IMG/VR virus record: IMGVR_UViG_3300045988_013082
Location: 1-42,520 of that record
DNA: 42,520 nucleotides
Source: a virus
Reading direction: 5' to 3' (one strand)
Below the pieces are notes generated by a model. That model did not search any database and was not told the origin of the DNA. It was given only the letters and a program-made list of their open reading frames with translations. Below, one piece after another: positions 1-9,461 of the stretch. A program made the position numbers and the translations under genes. Each line of letters opens with the position of its first letter. The stretch's first letter is position 1.

Positions 1-55
1 CCACCTTACTGATGGAATCGCTCACGCGGATGCCCTCAATGCTGGTGCCGATGAC
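1..55. repeat. Terminal overlap, copy 1 (identical to 42466..42520)
   Basis: Base-by-base comparison shows 55/55 identity with the last 55 nt of the window. This is typical of a circular molecule linearised by an assembler. Confidence 0.95.
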
Positions 56-298
56 AACCGGCTCCGCACCGGCGAATTTGACGCGAATCTGGACTGCCTG
101 AGAAGCGGATTTGAACTGAAAGGTTTCCTCCTGCGTCAGAGGGAACAGGAAGTTCCCGTCTGTGTCCGTCGTGACCTCTCCAGGGTAGATTTTGCGCAGC
201 TTTCCGACGATAAACTCGATCATCTCAATCTTGGATAGGTCGAGCGGTTGGCCGTCCTGCGTTCCAGTAAATACAATGGCGTACTGGTCGCCCTGCAT
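1..298 (-). CDS. Hypothetical tail-tip module protein, split by linearisation (101 aa once the circle is closed)
   Basis: ATG at 298 and an open frame to position 1 on manual translation (MQGDQYAIVF...SISKVVL). Across the junction the frame continues to TGA at 42458-42460. It is absent from the ORF track because it is split. Confidence 0.6.
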   Translation of the reverse strand, partial: MQGDQYAIVFTGTQDGQPLDLSKIEMIEFIVGKLRKIYPGEVTTDTDGNFLFPLTQEETFQFKSASQAVQIRVKFAGAEPVVIGTSIEGIRVSDSISKV

Positions 299-309
299 GA
301 TTTTTAGGC

Positions 310-669
310 TCATTCTTCCGCCTCCAATTCGATCAGACCTCTCAGGAGGCACAAGTCCTGATAACTGAGCTTCACATTCTCATCAACGGGGATCTTGATA
401 GGCTCGATCTCGTCCGCGACCTCAACGTCGATGACTTCCTGCATCTTCTTCCGGTACTCGTCGATTTTGTCATCATCGACGCGCCATCCCGTATCGATCT
501 CGTGGCCCATCGACTTCACAAGATGGGCCTGACGCTCGTTGTAAAACGTCAGAACATGGTCGAGCGAGTCCATGAGCTTGCCGACCTTGTAAAGCGTTCT
601 CGGCCTCATGTCTGCCGCCGCGACCTTCCGCAACGCTGGCATAGCCGAAACGATATTCCCGATTTTCAT
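310..669 (-). CDS. Hypothetical protein, tail-tip/fibre module
   Basis: 119-aa ORF with a GGAGGTGG RBS upstream of the ATG. It is co-oriented and tightly packed with the tail genes. I recognise no family. Confidence 0.6.
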   Translation of the reverse strand: MKIGNIVSAMPALRKVAAADMRPRTLYKVGKLMDSLDHVLTFYNERQAHLVKSMGHEIDTGWRVDDDKIDEYRKKMQEVIDVEVADEIEPIKIPVDENVKLSYQDLCLLRGLIELEAEE

Positions 670-679
670 ATTCCACCTC

Positions 680-1324
680 CTATGGGCGCAGATATTGGAT
701 TATCTTATTGATGGCGCTTTTCATGCTATATTCGTGGTTCGCGAATTTTGTGGCTCGAATCGCTTCACCTTTTTTGGGCTCGACGTTTTGATCGTATGGC
801 TCTGCTCCATCCAGCCCAAGTACACACAGCAACGTGCTCCAAAGATTTCTCCACAAAGGACTGATATCTCTATAAGTTATCACATCGCCTGGGGAAACAT
901 CAGGGAGCGTACTACTCGACCACCATATCCTTCCCAAATCGCCATTAAGCAAATCTACAACTTTTTTTATTGCGCTCGCTTTCAAATTTGATGGAAGTTC
1001 GCCTTCCTTTATCTTTGCTGCATCATCGTCTGTCCAGCTAAAATCAGCGACATATTTCCTGTTCACAAAATACAATGTAATTTTCCCATCGTCAGGGAAA
1101 GCGAATGTATCTGGGCCAAAGTGAGTCCACGGAATGCCGGATATTGTTGCTCTGCAATTTCGCAACGCATACGTTGTCCCATACGTTTTATAGGCCAGTG
1201 TTTCAGCGGGAACAATACTAGAACCCGATATTTCCTCTGTCAGCGTGTGAGTTTCGCTCCGCAGATATTTGTTTGTGTCGTTATCGTATATGTAAATCCA
1301 GACAGTCTCTTCTAATGTAGCCAT
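680..1324 (-). CDS. Hypothetical tail-tip/receptor-binding accessory protein
   Basis: ORF 680..1336. The ATG at 1324 (MATLEETVW...) lies 5 nt after the stop of the upstream tail gene. The gene is visibly more AT-rich than its neighbours. Confidence 0.55.
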   Translation of the reverse strand: MATLEETVWIYIYDNDTNKYLRSETHTLTEEISGSSIVPAETLAYKTYGTTYALRNCRATISGIPWTHFGPDTFAFPDDGKITLYFVNRKYVADFSWTDDDAAKIKEGELPSNLKASAIKKVVDLLNGDLGRIWWSSSTLPDVSPGDVITYRDISPLWRNLWSTLLCVLGLDGAEPYDQNVEPKKGEAIRATKFANHEYSMKSAINKIIQYLRP

Positions 1325-1328
1325 AAGA

Positions 1329-2978
1329 TCACCCAAATACCGCCACGCCGATGGGGCTGTTTACACCATTTACTGTTTTGAATACGCCAGAGTCCGTAAC
1401 ATATAGCGAATTCTGCCCAGCCGTCATACGGACGCCCTTCTCTGTAACGATAATGTAATGGCCACCGAGGTCTAAGTTTGTACGTCCGCCATAGGCCATA
1501 ACGATACCGTTCGTAGAAGAAACGCCATTGTTGCCGCTGCCCATGCCGATATAGCCGTAATCCGTTTGGCCTGTTGAATCCATCACGTGGAAATAGCCGC
1601 CACGAAGACCAATCTCGTTCGCTTCAATGTAGGGGGATTGCACCTTCGTGAAATCAATATAGGTCGCCTGAATGTACTCCGGGACGTTGCTGCTCTCGAT
1701 TTTGGTCTGTAAGTCCGCGCTTAGATCGCCAAACGTAATCGCGCCGGTCAGATTGAGATTGTCCGCCGTGATCGTGCCGACCTTCACAAGGCCGGTGATA
1801 TTGACGCCATCTTTCGAGAGCGTGATGTTCGCGCCGTTCTCTGCTGCCGTGTAGGAGAGTGTCAGCCCGTTCAGATTGATGTCAACAAGGGCCTGTGCCT
1901 CGTCTCCATCGATCTTTCCGGAGACTTCAAGCGCGATCTGCTCTGTGCTTTTGCGAATTTCCGAGACGGATCTCGCGTTCATCCGCTCTTCTCTCGTCCG
2001 CGCCTGATACGGATATTCGTGATTGACCTCTGTTTCGATCGGAGCCTCAATATCTGCGCTCATAGAGACGCCCACTGTAAAGGCCGCAGAGGCCATAATA
2101 GAGGCGTTTCCATTGGGCTTGACGCTGTCCCCCAATTCAAGTGCTGGGTTGAAGAACGCCGTTCCAGCACTGTACGGAAGGTATTTTACGCCGTTCAGAA
2201 CGCCACGGACGTAATTGCAAATCTCCTGTGTTGCGTAAATGCAATCTGCTTGGATCTCGTATCCACTATCCCCAGCGGAATACTGGGTGTTCGAATCCGG
2301 GTAGAGCGTTACCTTGCCGATGGTGGCTGTATCTCCGAGAATGTCGCAGCTCATGACCGGCACGTCGTCCGAGTTCGTCGGAGAGGCGAGACGGATAAGT
2401 CGGAGCTTTCCTCCTTCGGTAATAACGAAGTTGCCGCCTGATGCCGCCGCGATGCCGCAGAGGACTTCACGCATCGTGTAGACCTCTGTCGGAGAATCCA
2501 CCGTGTAGGGCGCGATCTGGCTTCTGGAATCCAACTCGACGCCCATCTTTCCGCAGATATAATTCACCGCAGCCGACATCGCCATCGGATATGTTCCGGA
2601 GTTGTCGATGTAATCCTGCTCGGCTTTCAGCATCGCGTCGTAGGCCGTAATGGTCATCCATCCATAAGCATCCGTGGAGCGCGTATCGATGTAGAACGTG
2701 CCGAACGGGAGCCAGTCTGTGACCTCATTACCATAATCCTTCAGCCGTATATAACACTTGATCTCCGCCGCCGTGGGAATTGCACCATCCGGCTCGAATA
2801 CCATATCCAGCATGGCCGAAGTAGCCTGTCCGATGGTCAGCTTATCCATCATGGATTTGGTGATCCGCGCAGATTTGATCTCGCCGTATGTATAGGTTTT
2901 TCCGTTTATGACCGCCTTGAAGTCAACCTGATAGTCTCCCGCAAGGATGTCATTCCATTTTGCCGGAACTGTCTGCAT
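1329..2978 (-). CDS. Tail tip protein (Tal-like / tail-associated hub), position-based
   Basis: 549-aa ORF, second gene after the tape measure, which is the usual position of siphovirus Tal/hub proteins. No catalytic motif recognised. Confidence 0.55.
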   Translation of the reverse strand: MQTVPAKWNDILAGDYQVDFKAVINGKTYTYGEIKSARITKSMMDKLTIGQATSAMLDMVFEPDGAIPTAAEIKCYIRLKDYGNEVTDWLPFGTFYIDTRSTDAYGWMTITAYDAMLKAEQDYIDNSGTYPMAMSAAVNYICGKMGVELDSRSQIAPYTVDSPTEVYTMREVLCGIAAASGGNFVITEGGKLRLIRLASPTNSDDVPVMSCDILGDTATIGKVTLYPDSNTQYSAGDSGYEIQADCIYATQEICNYVRGVLNGVKYLPYSAGTAFFNPALELGDSVKPNGNASIMASAAFTVGVSMSADIEAPIETEVNHEYPYQARTREERMNARSVSEIRKSTEQIALEVSGKIDGDEAQALVDINLNGLTLSYTAAENGANITLSKDGVNITGLVKVGTITADNLNLTGAITFGDLSADLQTKIESSNVPEYIQATYIDFTKVQSPYIEANEIGLRGGYFHVMDSTGQTDYGYIGMGSGNNGVSSTNGIVMAYGGRTNLDLGGHYIIVTEKGVRMTAGQNSLYVTDSGVFKTVNGVNSPIGVAVFG

Positions 2979-2986
2979 TACATCAC

Positions 2987-3352
2987 CTACTTTTCAATGA
3001 GGGGAAATGTGATACCGTCCCAATACTCCTGCCCGTTCTCTCTTTTGATAAGAAACGAGGCCGGGTTGTTGTTGGAATACATGGTTTTTGTCGTAACCGC
3101 CCCAAGCTGCGGGTCGTAATACTGCACAGTCACGAACACCGGCATAATAGCTGTGAGGACAGTAGCCGCTTCGGGACCTAGCAGAGGGCGGCAGGTAATG
3201 TCTAAGCGAACCTTCGTTGCCACTCTGTTTCTCTGCATAGCTCCATCAAGGGTTCGCCCTGCATCAGAGGATTCCACATCATTCCTCTGCCACTTGAAGC
3301 CCTGAAAAGCGATATAAGGGGCGATGTCTACGCCGCCGATTTTTACAGTCAT
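2987..3352 (-). CDS. Small distal-tail component (Dit position)
   Basis: 121-aa ORF immediately downstream of the tape measure, with a GGAGG RBS. The assignment is by position only. Confidence 0.5.
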   Translation of the reverse strand: MTVKIGGVDIAPYIAFQGFKWQRNDVESSDAGRTLDGAMQRNRVATKVRLDITCRPLLGPEAATVLTAIMPVFVTVQYYDPQLGAVTTKTMYSNNNPASFLIKRENGQEYWDGITFPLIEK

Positions 3353-3363
3353 AGCTCGCCTCC

Positions 3364-5766
3364 TTACACGTTCGCCGTAGCGATCCCGTACATCCGGTTT
3401 CTGCGGTTCTGGCTCGAAGTAATTTCCTTGCCGTCCAGATAAATCTTCTGCGGCCTATCCGCGATATTGCCCATAACCGAAGCAACCGCTCTAGCCACAC
3501 CAGCAGATACCGCCTCAACGATCTGATCATTGTTCGCGACTGCTGTCCGCCCTCCGATTGTGCCGACCAGTTCAGGCCCGCTTTCTCGTGCGGCAAACAA
3601 TTCGCCGGAGGAAACAAAACCGCCGTTTGCTTTCAAGGAGACTTTCCCGAAACTGCCAGATCGGCCAGAGCCGCCGCCACCAGATACAGAGACGCTTTTT
3701 GCCCCAGAGAAAATGTTGTTGATTTTATTCTTCCAGTTGTCGATAGTCGGCTGAACGCTTGTGTTCCACCAGTTTGAAATAGCAGACCAAGCATTTTTGA
3801 TTGGAGTAAAGACACTGTTCCAGTCCGGGTCTCTGCTTTGCGCAAGCGAAGCCCCACCCTCAATGAGCATCCCAAGCCCGAGAGGAATTCCGACGCCGGT
3901 AAAGCACAGCAAAACGCCGAGCGCGACCATGCCGGAGCTTTTAGCAATTTTCTTGACGTCTTCAAAGACTTCCGTTGCTTTTGTAGACACATTGTCCCAA
4001 ACCGGGGTCCTCTTTTCAGCGAGAGACTTTGCGCCCTCTTCAATGAGGCCGATGCCAAGCGGCAATCCAATGACCGTACAGCAAAGGAGAACGCCAAGCG
4101 CAAGATACCCAACACTGACAATTACGCGTTTAGCCTTTTCAAGGGCCTGTTTGCACCACTGGCTGATAGAATCCCAATTCGCAACGACTGTTGCAGCCAA
4201 TCCAGCCGCACCAACGATCATAAGCCCAATCCCAAGAGGAACATTCGCGCCCGAGAATGTCAGGACTGCGCCGAGCGCGAGAAATGCAGTAGACACAGCT
4301 GCGGTGATAATTCCGAGAGTCCCTTGAAGGGACTTCTTCAGACGGTTCCAGTCCAGCTTCGCAGCCGTTCCGAGAATTGCTGCACCTGTAAGCATGAGGC
4401 CAATTCCGAGCGGAATATTTGCACCAGAGAAAGCAAGAATCGCGCCGATTGCAAATACCGCTCCGCCTACGATCAGCATGATCTTCATAATGGAGTCTTT
4501 GACCTCTTCACTCAAAGAACCCCACTTTGCCGCAATCTCTTTTGCGAAAAGAACGCCGCCAAGAACCATCATACCGATGCCGAGTGGGATATTCGCACCG
4601 GAAAATGCCAGAATTGCGCCGATGACAAACAGGCCAAGCGCGGTTGTCAAAATGCCGATTGCCGAGGTCAAAAATTCCTTGATCTTATCAATAGTTTTCT
4701 TTGTCCATTCAGCAATTTTCTTGACCTTATCGCTGACCTGTGCCTCTTCAAACATGTCGCTGTAATCAACACCAGAAGCGCCGCCACCTCCGCCAGAGTT
4801 TTTATCGTTTAAGCGGTTGATCTCATCGAAGCCGAGAAGCGTTTTCTGAAGTTCCTTTGCTGCGCCGGATGCCGTATTGAGGCTCTTAGCGTAATCCACA
4901 GAGTTTTTCTTGGCTTTTGTGAATGTGCCTTTCCCCTGTAGTGCTTGGAAGAACATATTGATTGCATTTGCAGCGGTGATAAACGCGCTTGCAATCGTAT
5001 TGATTAGAGGAAGCAGCGCAGTCAGCACCGGCATGACCGCAGAACCGATGGAATTTTTGACCTGTTGAAGCGTCGACGCATATTCAGACATTGTCCGATT
5101 TGCATTGGCAGCATCGGTGCTGTTCATCGCGGCACTATAGCGGACGAGATTTTGGATGCCCTCTCTAGCTGCGGAAGAAATATTCTTGATCGCGCTGCGT
5201 ACAGCGCGATACAGCGCGATTCTTCCGATTGATTTTGCAAGATTTACAAACTGGCTTCCGAGATTTCTGATTGGCGCTGTCGCTCTTTTGGCAGCACCGA
5301 TCACAAGCGTATTCAGCCCAGCGGAAAAAGCCTTAAAGTCGGCAACAGACGATTTCGCGGCGTTACCGGATTCTTCTACCGCCTCCGATGTTTTTTGAAC
5401 ATCCGAATCTTTAAATTCCCCCGTTGGGATTGTTGGGGCCGTCTGAGTTTGCCCACTAGTACGCGGGACTGCGCCGATGTTGGCGATACTGTCAATATCC
5501 TTTGCGGCGCCCTTGAGATTTGAAAAGTCGATTGAAGCAATACTTTCCAATCTGCGGATAGTGCCGTCAAGGCCTCTTCCAGCATCACTTACGCCGGTGA
5601 TAGCCTCTCCAATCCTTCTGATCTGCCGGACAGCCGAGGCAAGTCCAGCGCCGCCACTTGCGGCCTGTTTGAGCCGATTAAGGGTACCGATAAGGCCATC
5701 TATACCGCTGGAAGCATCAGATGCACTTTTCTTGATCTCGATTTCAAGGGTTTCAACTGTCGGCAT
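3364..5766 (-). CDS. Tail tape measure protein
   Basis: 800 aa, and it follows the G/GT chaperone pair. It has an alpha-helical N-terminus and five tandem hydrophobic Gly-rich segments ([11 protein letters not shown]-type). Confidence 0.85.
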   Translation of the reverse strand: MPTVETLEIEIKKSASDASSGIDGLIGTLNRLKQAASGGAGLASAVRQIRRIGEAITGVSDAGRGLDGTIRRLESIASIDFSNLKGAAKDIDSIANIGAVPRTSGQTQTAPTIPTGEFKDSDVQKTSEAVEESGNAAKSSVADFKAFSAGLNTLVIGAAKRATAPIRNLGSQFVNLAKSIGRIALYRAVRSAIKNISSAAREGIQNLVRYSAAMNSTDAANANRTMSEYASTLQQVKNSIGSAVMPVLTALLPLINTIASAFITAANAINMFFQALQGKGTFTKAKKNSVDYAKSLNTASGAAKELQKTLLGFDEINRLNDKNSGGGGGASGVDYSDMFEEAQVSDKVKKIAEWTKKTIDKIKEFLTSAIGILTTALGLFVIGAILAFSGANIPLGIGMMVLGGVLFAKEIAAKWGSLSEEVKDSIMKIMLIVGGAVFAIGAILAFSGANIPLGIGLMLTGAAILGTAAKLDWNRLKKSLQGTLGIITAAVSTAFLALGAVLTFSGANVPLGIGLMIVGAAGLAATVVANWDSISQWCKQALEKAKRVIVSVGYLALGVLLCCTVIGLPLGIGLIEEGAKSLAEKRTPVWDNVSTKATEVFEDVKKIAKSSGMVALGVLLCFTGVGIPLGLGMLIEGGASLAQSRDPDWNSVFTPIKNAWSAISNWWNTSVQPTIDNWKNKINNIFSGAKSVSVSGGGGSGRSGSFGKVSLKANGGFVSSGELFAARESGPELVGTIGGRTAVANNDQIVEAVSAGVARAVASVMGNIADRPQKIYLDGKEITSSQNRRNRMYGIATANV

Positions 5767-6473
5767 TTAATCACCACACTTTGCTTTGTATTTCCGTTCC
5801 ATTGCCTTGAAGAACATGATCGCCTTCTGGCGTTCTCGTTCAGCTCTCTCTTCCTTCTCGTCCGGTGTCTCTCGTGTGATTTTCCGGGGTTTACTCGGAT
5901 ATTCCATAGGTTTTTTCCCTTTCGAGGCAAAAGCATTAGAGAGGGCAATGGAAAGAGCATCGTAAAAATAGACGCCCTGGAGCCAGATTTCATAATTCCT
6001 GCTCTCAAGGCGCAACCTGTCTGCCTCTATGTAAGGCTTCATCTTGGCGGGGTTCATATTCCAGAACCCCGCTTCGCTGATGCCTATTACAAGACTTTGC
6101 GGAAGGTACGCCGCAATGCACTCTTCACGAAAGGATTTGTACTTTTTTACTTCGCTTCCGTCTCGCTCTGGCTGTCCGTCTCCGCCGCTCTCTTGGAGAG
6201 AGCCTGAAAAAAACCGCTTTCCTCCACGGCTTCCTTCAGCACTTCCGCAATGTCGTCCATGCTGCCGCCGTTGATGATGTGCTTCTCGATCTCTTCGCCC
6301 GCCTGATCCGCTTTCTTGCCCATGCACATAGCCACATAGGCCCGAATGAACATGATGGACTTCTCTTCGATTTCGGCCATCGGGATTCCCATGTCCTCAA
6401 ACTGGCAGACCGTATTGAACGTGATCTCCTTTGTAGGGTAAATATGGCCGTTGATGGTGATTTCCTTCTTCAT
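5767..6473 (-). CDS. Tail assembly chaperone G-T fusion product (-1 programmed frameshift)
   Basis: The G frame (6147..6473) and the overlapping -1 frame open to 5767 are joined at a T7 slippery run. The shifted reading gives ...GFF/SGSLQESGGDG..., which matches the 5767..6327 ORF. Confidence 0.75.
6147..6473 (-). CDS. Tail assembly chaperone (gpG-like)
   Basis: 108-aa acidic protein between the major tail protein and the tape measure, with a slippery site near its 3' end. Confidence 0.75.
   Translation of the reverse strand: MKKEITINGHIYPTKEITFNTVCQFEDMGIPMAEIEEKSIMFIRAYVAMCMGKKADQAGEEIEKHIINGGSMDDIAEVLKEAVEESGFFQALSKRAAETDSQSETEAK
6207..6213 (-). other. -1 ribosomal frameshift slippery heptamer T_TTT_TTT
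   Basis: Seven A on the plus strand, which is GGT TTT TTT CAG in the G frame on the minus strand. Confidence 0.7.
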
Positions 6474-6497
6474 ACTCGATACTCCTTCTCTTCCAGA

Positions 6498-6971
6498 TTA
6501 ACCAGCTGTAGGCTTTACAGCCGTTGCCCATCCGATATTCCCGTTCGGCGTGATATAGGCAGTGTTTTCGAGAACGCTGTCAACTTCCGCGCCAGCAAAG
6601 CCGAGCGGTGACGGGTTGCCAGTGAAGAAGAACGCCTTAGTCAAGCCGGGAATGTAGAACTCCCACCAAGTCTTCTTACCAGCCTCGGCGGCAGTCTTGT
6701 ACGCTTCGACAATCGCGTCCCATGTGGTCTGAAGATCTTCTGTCATATTGAACGTGACGCTCAGCGCACCGCCAGGGTCCTTCAGACCATCAATATAGGT
6801 CTTCCACTCCGTAGCTTCGAGCGGAGTAGTTTCAAGGGTGGAGGGTTCCGGGTTGAAGTCCGGGAGGCTCTTTGCACCCTTAATCTGCGTAAACGCAGTA
6901 GGCTTCGTTCCTGCGGTCTGTTCGACAGCATAGCCGAGCAAAATACCGGCAGTACTAAGTTCAATCGCCAT
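6498..6971 (-). CDS. Major tail protein
   Basis: 157-aa ORF directly upstream of the chaperone pair, with no sheath gene nearby. This is the siphovirus arrangement. Confidence 0.7.
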   Translation of the reverse strand: MAIELSTAGILLGYAVEQTAGTKPTAFTQIKGAKSLPDFNPEPSTLETTPLEATEWKTYIDGLKDPGGALSVTFNMTEDLQTTWDAIVEAYKTAAEAGKKTWWEFYIPGLTKAFFFTGNPSPLGFAGAEVDSVLENTAYITPNGNIGWATAVKPTAG

Positions 6972-6974
6972 GTT

Positions 6975-7382
6975 TTACCTCCTTAGAAGTCGTTTATTTT
7001 CGTCTACGACCGTCCGATAACGTGCCTCCATTCTGTAAATAGAAGTTTCAGCGTTTGGAAGCGTCAAGGGCTGTCTGCTCAACCTGGCAAAACCGAGCGC
7101 CTGCATTTTCTCGTCGATCGTCTGCATGATTTCTTTTACCTGTTCTTTCTTTCCAGTGGAAAGGTTGCTGTAGACATTCACGTCGTACATGAGCTGCGAG
7201 TGGTGCGACCCTTCGGAATCCAAAGCTGGTAGGAACGAGCTATTATCTTCTTCGATCACGCTCACAGACGGAAAACTCTCTGGAACATGAACGTATTCGC
7301 TGTAGATAGAAATGCCGTCGTACTTTTCCGTCAAAATTCCTGCGATTGCGTCAAAGACATCGGTTTCAATATCAGGAACCAT
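6975..7382 (-). CDS. Tail terminator / tail completion protein (position-based)
   Basis: 135-aa ORF between the neck genes and the major tail protein. Confidence 0.45.
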   Translation of the reverse strand: MVPDIETDVFDAIAGILTEKYDGISIYSEYVHVPESFPSVSVIEEDNSSFLPALDSEGSHHSQLMYDVNVYSNLSTGKKEQVKEIMQTIDEKMQALGFARLSRQPLTLPNAETSIYRMEARYRTVVDENKRLLRR

Positions 7383-7857
7383 TGAATACCTCCCTTGCGA
7401 TTCTCAAAACCTCCTGCCGGAGATCCTTTGCTGTGTGGTACATCGTCGCAGACGGCGGATTACCGTAGGTATGGGTACCGCCCTTCTCTTTCGGGAGATA
7501 CCAGCCTTTTGGGTCATTCCAGTGCCCTTCACCGGGATATGTGCCGGGTCCGTACTCCATTGGAGCCGGATGACCGTAACCGTAGGTTACGCCTGACCCG
7601 AACTCAATGAAGAGAACGGCTTCACCGGATGCGATGATGGAATAGCCGTTCTCAATCGGTTCCACAGAGACGGAAACGTCATTGTCTCCCGTATAGACCG
7701 CCCTTGAGAAGTCGAGAGAGGCTTTTGTGGCTCCAATCGATGCCAGCCTTTGAAGAAGAGTGTCTATTTTCCTGTCCCACTCTGCATCCAACTTGCGAAT
7801 CTGCTTGATCGCTCTGTCGATGGAATGGGAATTCAGCTCGAACTCGATCTTCTTCAT
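7372..7857 (-). CDS. HK97 gp10-like neck/tail-completion protein
   Basis: 161 aa. The N-terminal helical part plus a Gly/Pro-rich core resembles the HK97 gp10 family. The position fits. Confidence 0.5.
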   Translation of the reverse strand: MKKIEFELNSHSIDRAIKQIRKLDAEWDRKIDTLLQRLASIGATKASLDFSRAVYTGDNDVSVSVEPIENGYSIIASGEAVLFIEFGSGVTYGYGHPAPMEYGPGTYPGEGHWNDPKGWYLPKEKGGTHTYGNPPSATMYHTAKDLRQEVLRIAREVFNGS

Positions 7858-8231
7858 TGCACAGACACTTTCCGAATTGCAACAGTAACGCTATTGATAG
7901 ACCTCGCAACTTTCACTACAACGTAATCCCACGGAGTATCTGTCGAGCCGTCATAGGCGACTTCCGGCGTTTTTTCGATCCAGAGAACCGACGATTCGGA
8001 AATGTCAAAATCACGGTTACAGGACGTTATTGTCCTGTCGTAGTCTGTCTGGATTCCAAAAAGCTCATTGTCGAGAGAACCCCTTGCTGCGGAAAGATTT
8101 TCCGAGATCTTAACCGGGTTGGAGTACAAAACCTTGTACTGGCCGGTCCGTTTCCCGTTCTTCAGAATTTCTTCTTTTCCATGATAGTTCGCATACCAGA
8201 AATCCGTTTTATTGCGGTTCAGAGATCTCAA
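7854..8231 (-). CDS. Head closure / head-tail adaptor protein (position-based)
   Basis: 125-aa ORF with 4-nt overlaps to both neighbours in the neck gene string. Confidence 0.45.
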   Translation of the reverse strand: MRSLNRNKTDFWYANYHGKEEILKNGKRTGQYKVLYSNPVKISENLSAARGSLDNELFGIQTDYDRTITSCNRDFDISESSVLWIEKTPEVAYDGSTDTPWDYVVVKVARSINSVTVAIRKVSVQ

Positions 8232-8527
8232 TAGACCACCGCCTTTGCAAAGACGTTGTTTCTGATATAGTCAAGCATATCTGAGTACTTGAAGGCTCTG
8301 GAAATGTTATTTTCCGTATGCGAGGTCTGGTTCTCTGCGCCAATCATGTTGTACCCCGCGAGAACTGCCATGATCTGGACTGTATCGTACACAGGAGAAA
8401 TACTTTCAGCGCCAGACCATGACAGGATCTCACTTTCAGCCATGTCGAGGTACGCACCGATCAGTTCCTCTTCGTCGGTCTTATTCAAAAGAAGCTGAAT
8501 CCGATTGACTTTCTCGTCGAATGTCAC
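8228..8527 (-). CDS. Head-tail connector (gp6/gp15-like)
   Basis: ORF 8228..8548. I prefer the GTG at 8527 because it is preceded by AAGGGGGG at 8 nt. GTG 8548 is the alternative and overlaps the capsid stop as GTGA. First gene after the capsid gene. Confidence 0.55.
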   Translation of the reverse strand: MTFDEKVNRIQLLLNKTDEEELIGAYLDMAESEILSWSGAESISPVYDTVQIMAVLAGYNMIGAENQTSHTENNISRAFKYSDMLDYIRNNVFAKAVVY

Positions 8528-8544
8528 GATGCGTACCCCCCTTA

Positions 8545-9459
8545 TCACGCGATGGTGTACCAGCCCTTGTCCTTCGGGCTGTCACTGGATGCCGGAGTGA
8601 CCTTCACATAGCCGGAGCCGGACTTTTCATAATAGGTTTTGCCGGAACTCGGCGTAGTTTCAGTCGCAGCCGTAGCAGTGCCCTTGAAAATCTTGATGTC
8701 CTTCGTCTCGTCGGTGAGCGCTGCCAGATAGTACTTGCGGGAGTAGATCGTGTTCTTTCTGGTGTTGCCGTCACGCTCCTGCTCAACTTCAGTGCCCTTC
8801 TTGTTGAACAGCGTGACCGCTTCTTTGGTCGCCATGTAGATAGAGCCGCTCGTCGCATCCTTCTTGGTGTAAATGTTGACGCCAGCGACGGTGCCGATAT
8901 ATCCGTTCTTTGCGAACGCCTCGACATACTGAAGAGTATCTTTCAGTTCCTTGCGGAGTTCTGCAACATCAGTCGGGGAGACAAAAGCAAAGATGGTGAC
9001 ATCTTCGAGATTTTCAAGGTTGAGCATAGCCTGCGCGTCGGCGAAGGCCGCAAAGTCCAGCTTGGACACAACAACAACTTTGGTCGCTTTCGCGTATTCT
9101 GCGTAGACATCCGCATTGACCGTATTGAACAGGCCGGTACCCATTCGGCGAGTGCCGACAGGAACGGTCATCGGGTCCTTCATGGCTTCTTCGTCGTAGT
9201 AGGCGAAACGGTTCTGCGCAAGCAGGATCTCATATTCCTTCTGAGTAAAGGAAACTTCGATCGTCTGAGTGTTGCCCTTCGTCATGGCAAGCTTTTCTGT
9301 GCCATCCGTAGCACTGTAGACGTTGATCATGCGCTTCATGCCGGGAGTGCCGACGAGGTTATTGTCTACAGTGCAAAACTGGGTAAGATCGAGGTGAGAG
9401 TTGTACTGATCTTCGATCTCATTGGAAAGATAGAAATTCTCGTAAACTTTATTTGCCAA
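8545..9459 (-). CDS. Major capsid protein
   Basis: 304 aa, following the scaffold gene. It uses a TTG start 9 nt after a GGAGG. Overall it resembles ~300-aa HK97-fold capsid proteins of Firmicutes phages. Confidence 0.8.
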   Translation of the reverse strand: MANKVYENFYLSNEIEDQYNSHLDLTQFCTVDNNLVGTPGMKRMINVYSATDGTEKLAMTKGNTQTIEVSFTQKEYEILLAQNRFAYYDEEAMKDPMTVPVGTRRMGTGLFNTVNADVYAEYAKATKVVVVSKLDFAAFADAQAMLNLENLEDVTIFAFVSPTDVAELRKELKDTLQYVEAFAKNGYIGTVAGVNIYTKKDATSGSIYMATKEAVTLFNKKGTEVEQERDGNTRKNTIYSRKYYLAALTDETKDIKIFKGTATAATETTPSSGKTYYEKSGSGYVKVTPASSDSPKDKGWYTIA

Positions 9460-9461
9460 TT

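Noticed and set aside
5767-6327. 186-aa ORF as an independent gene
   Set aside because: Its 5' part is the out-of-frame shadow of the G chaperone. It only makes sense as the -1 frameshift extension (GT product).
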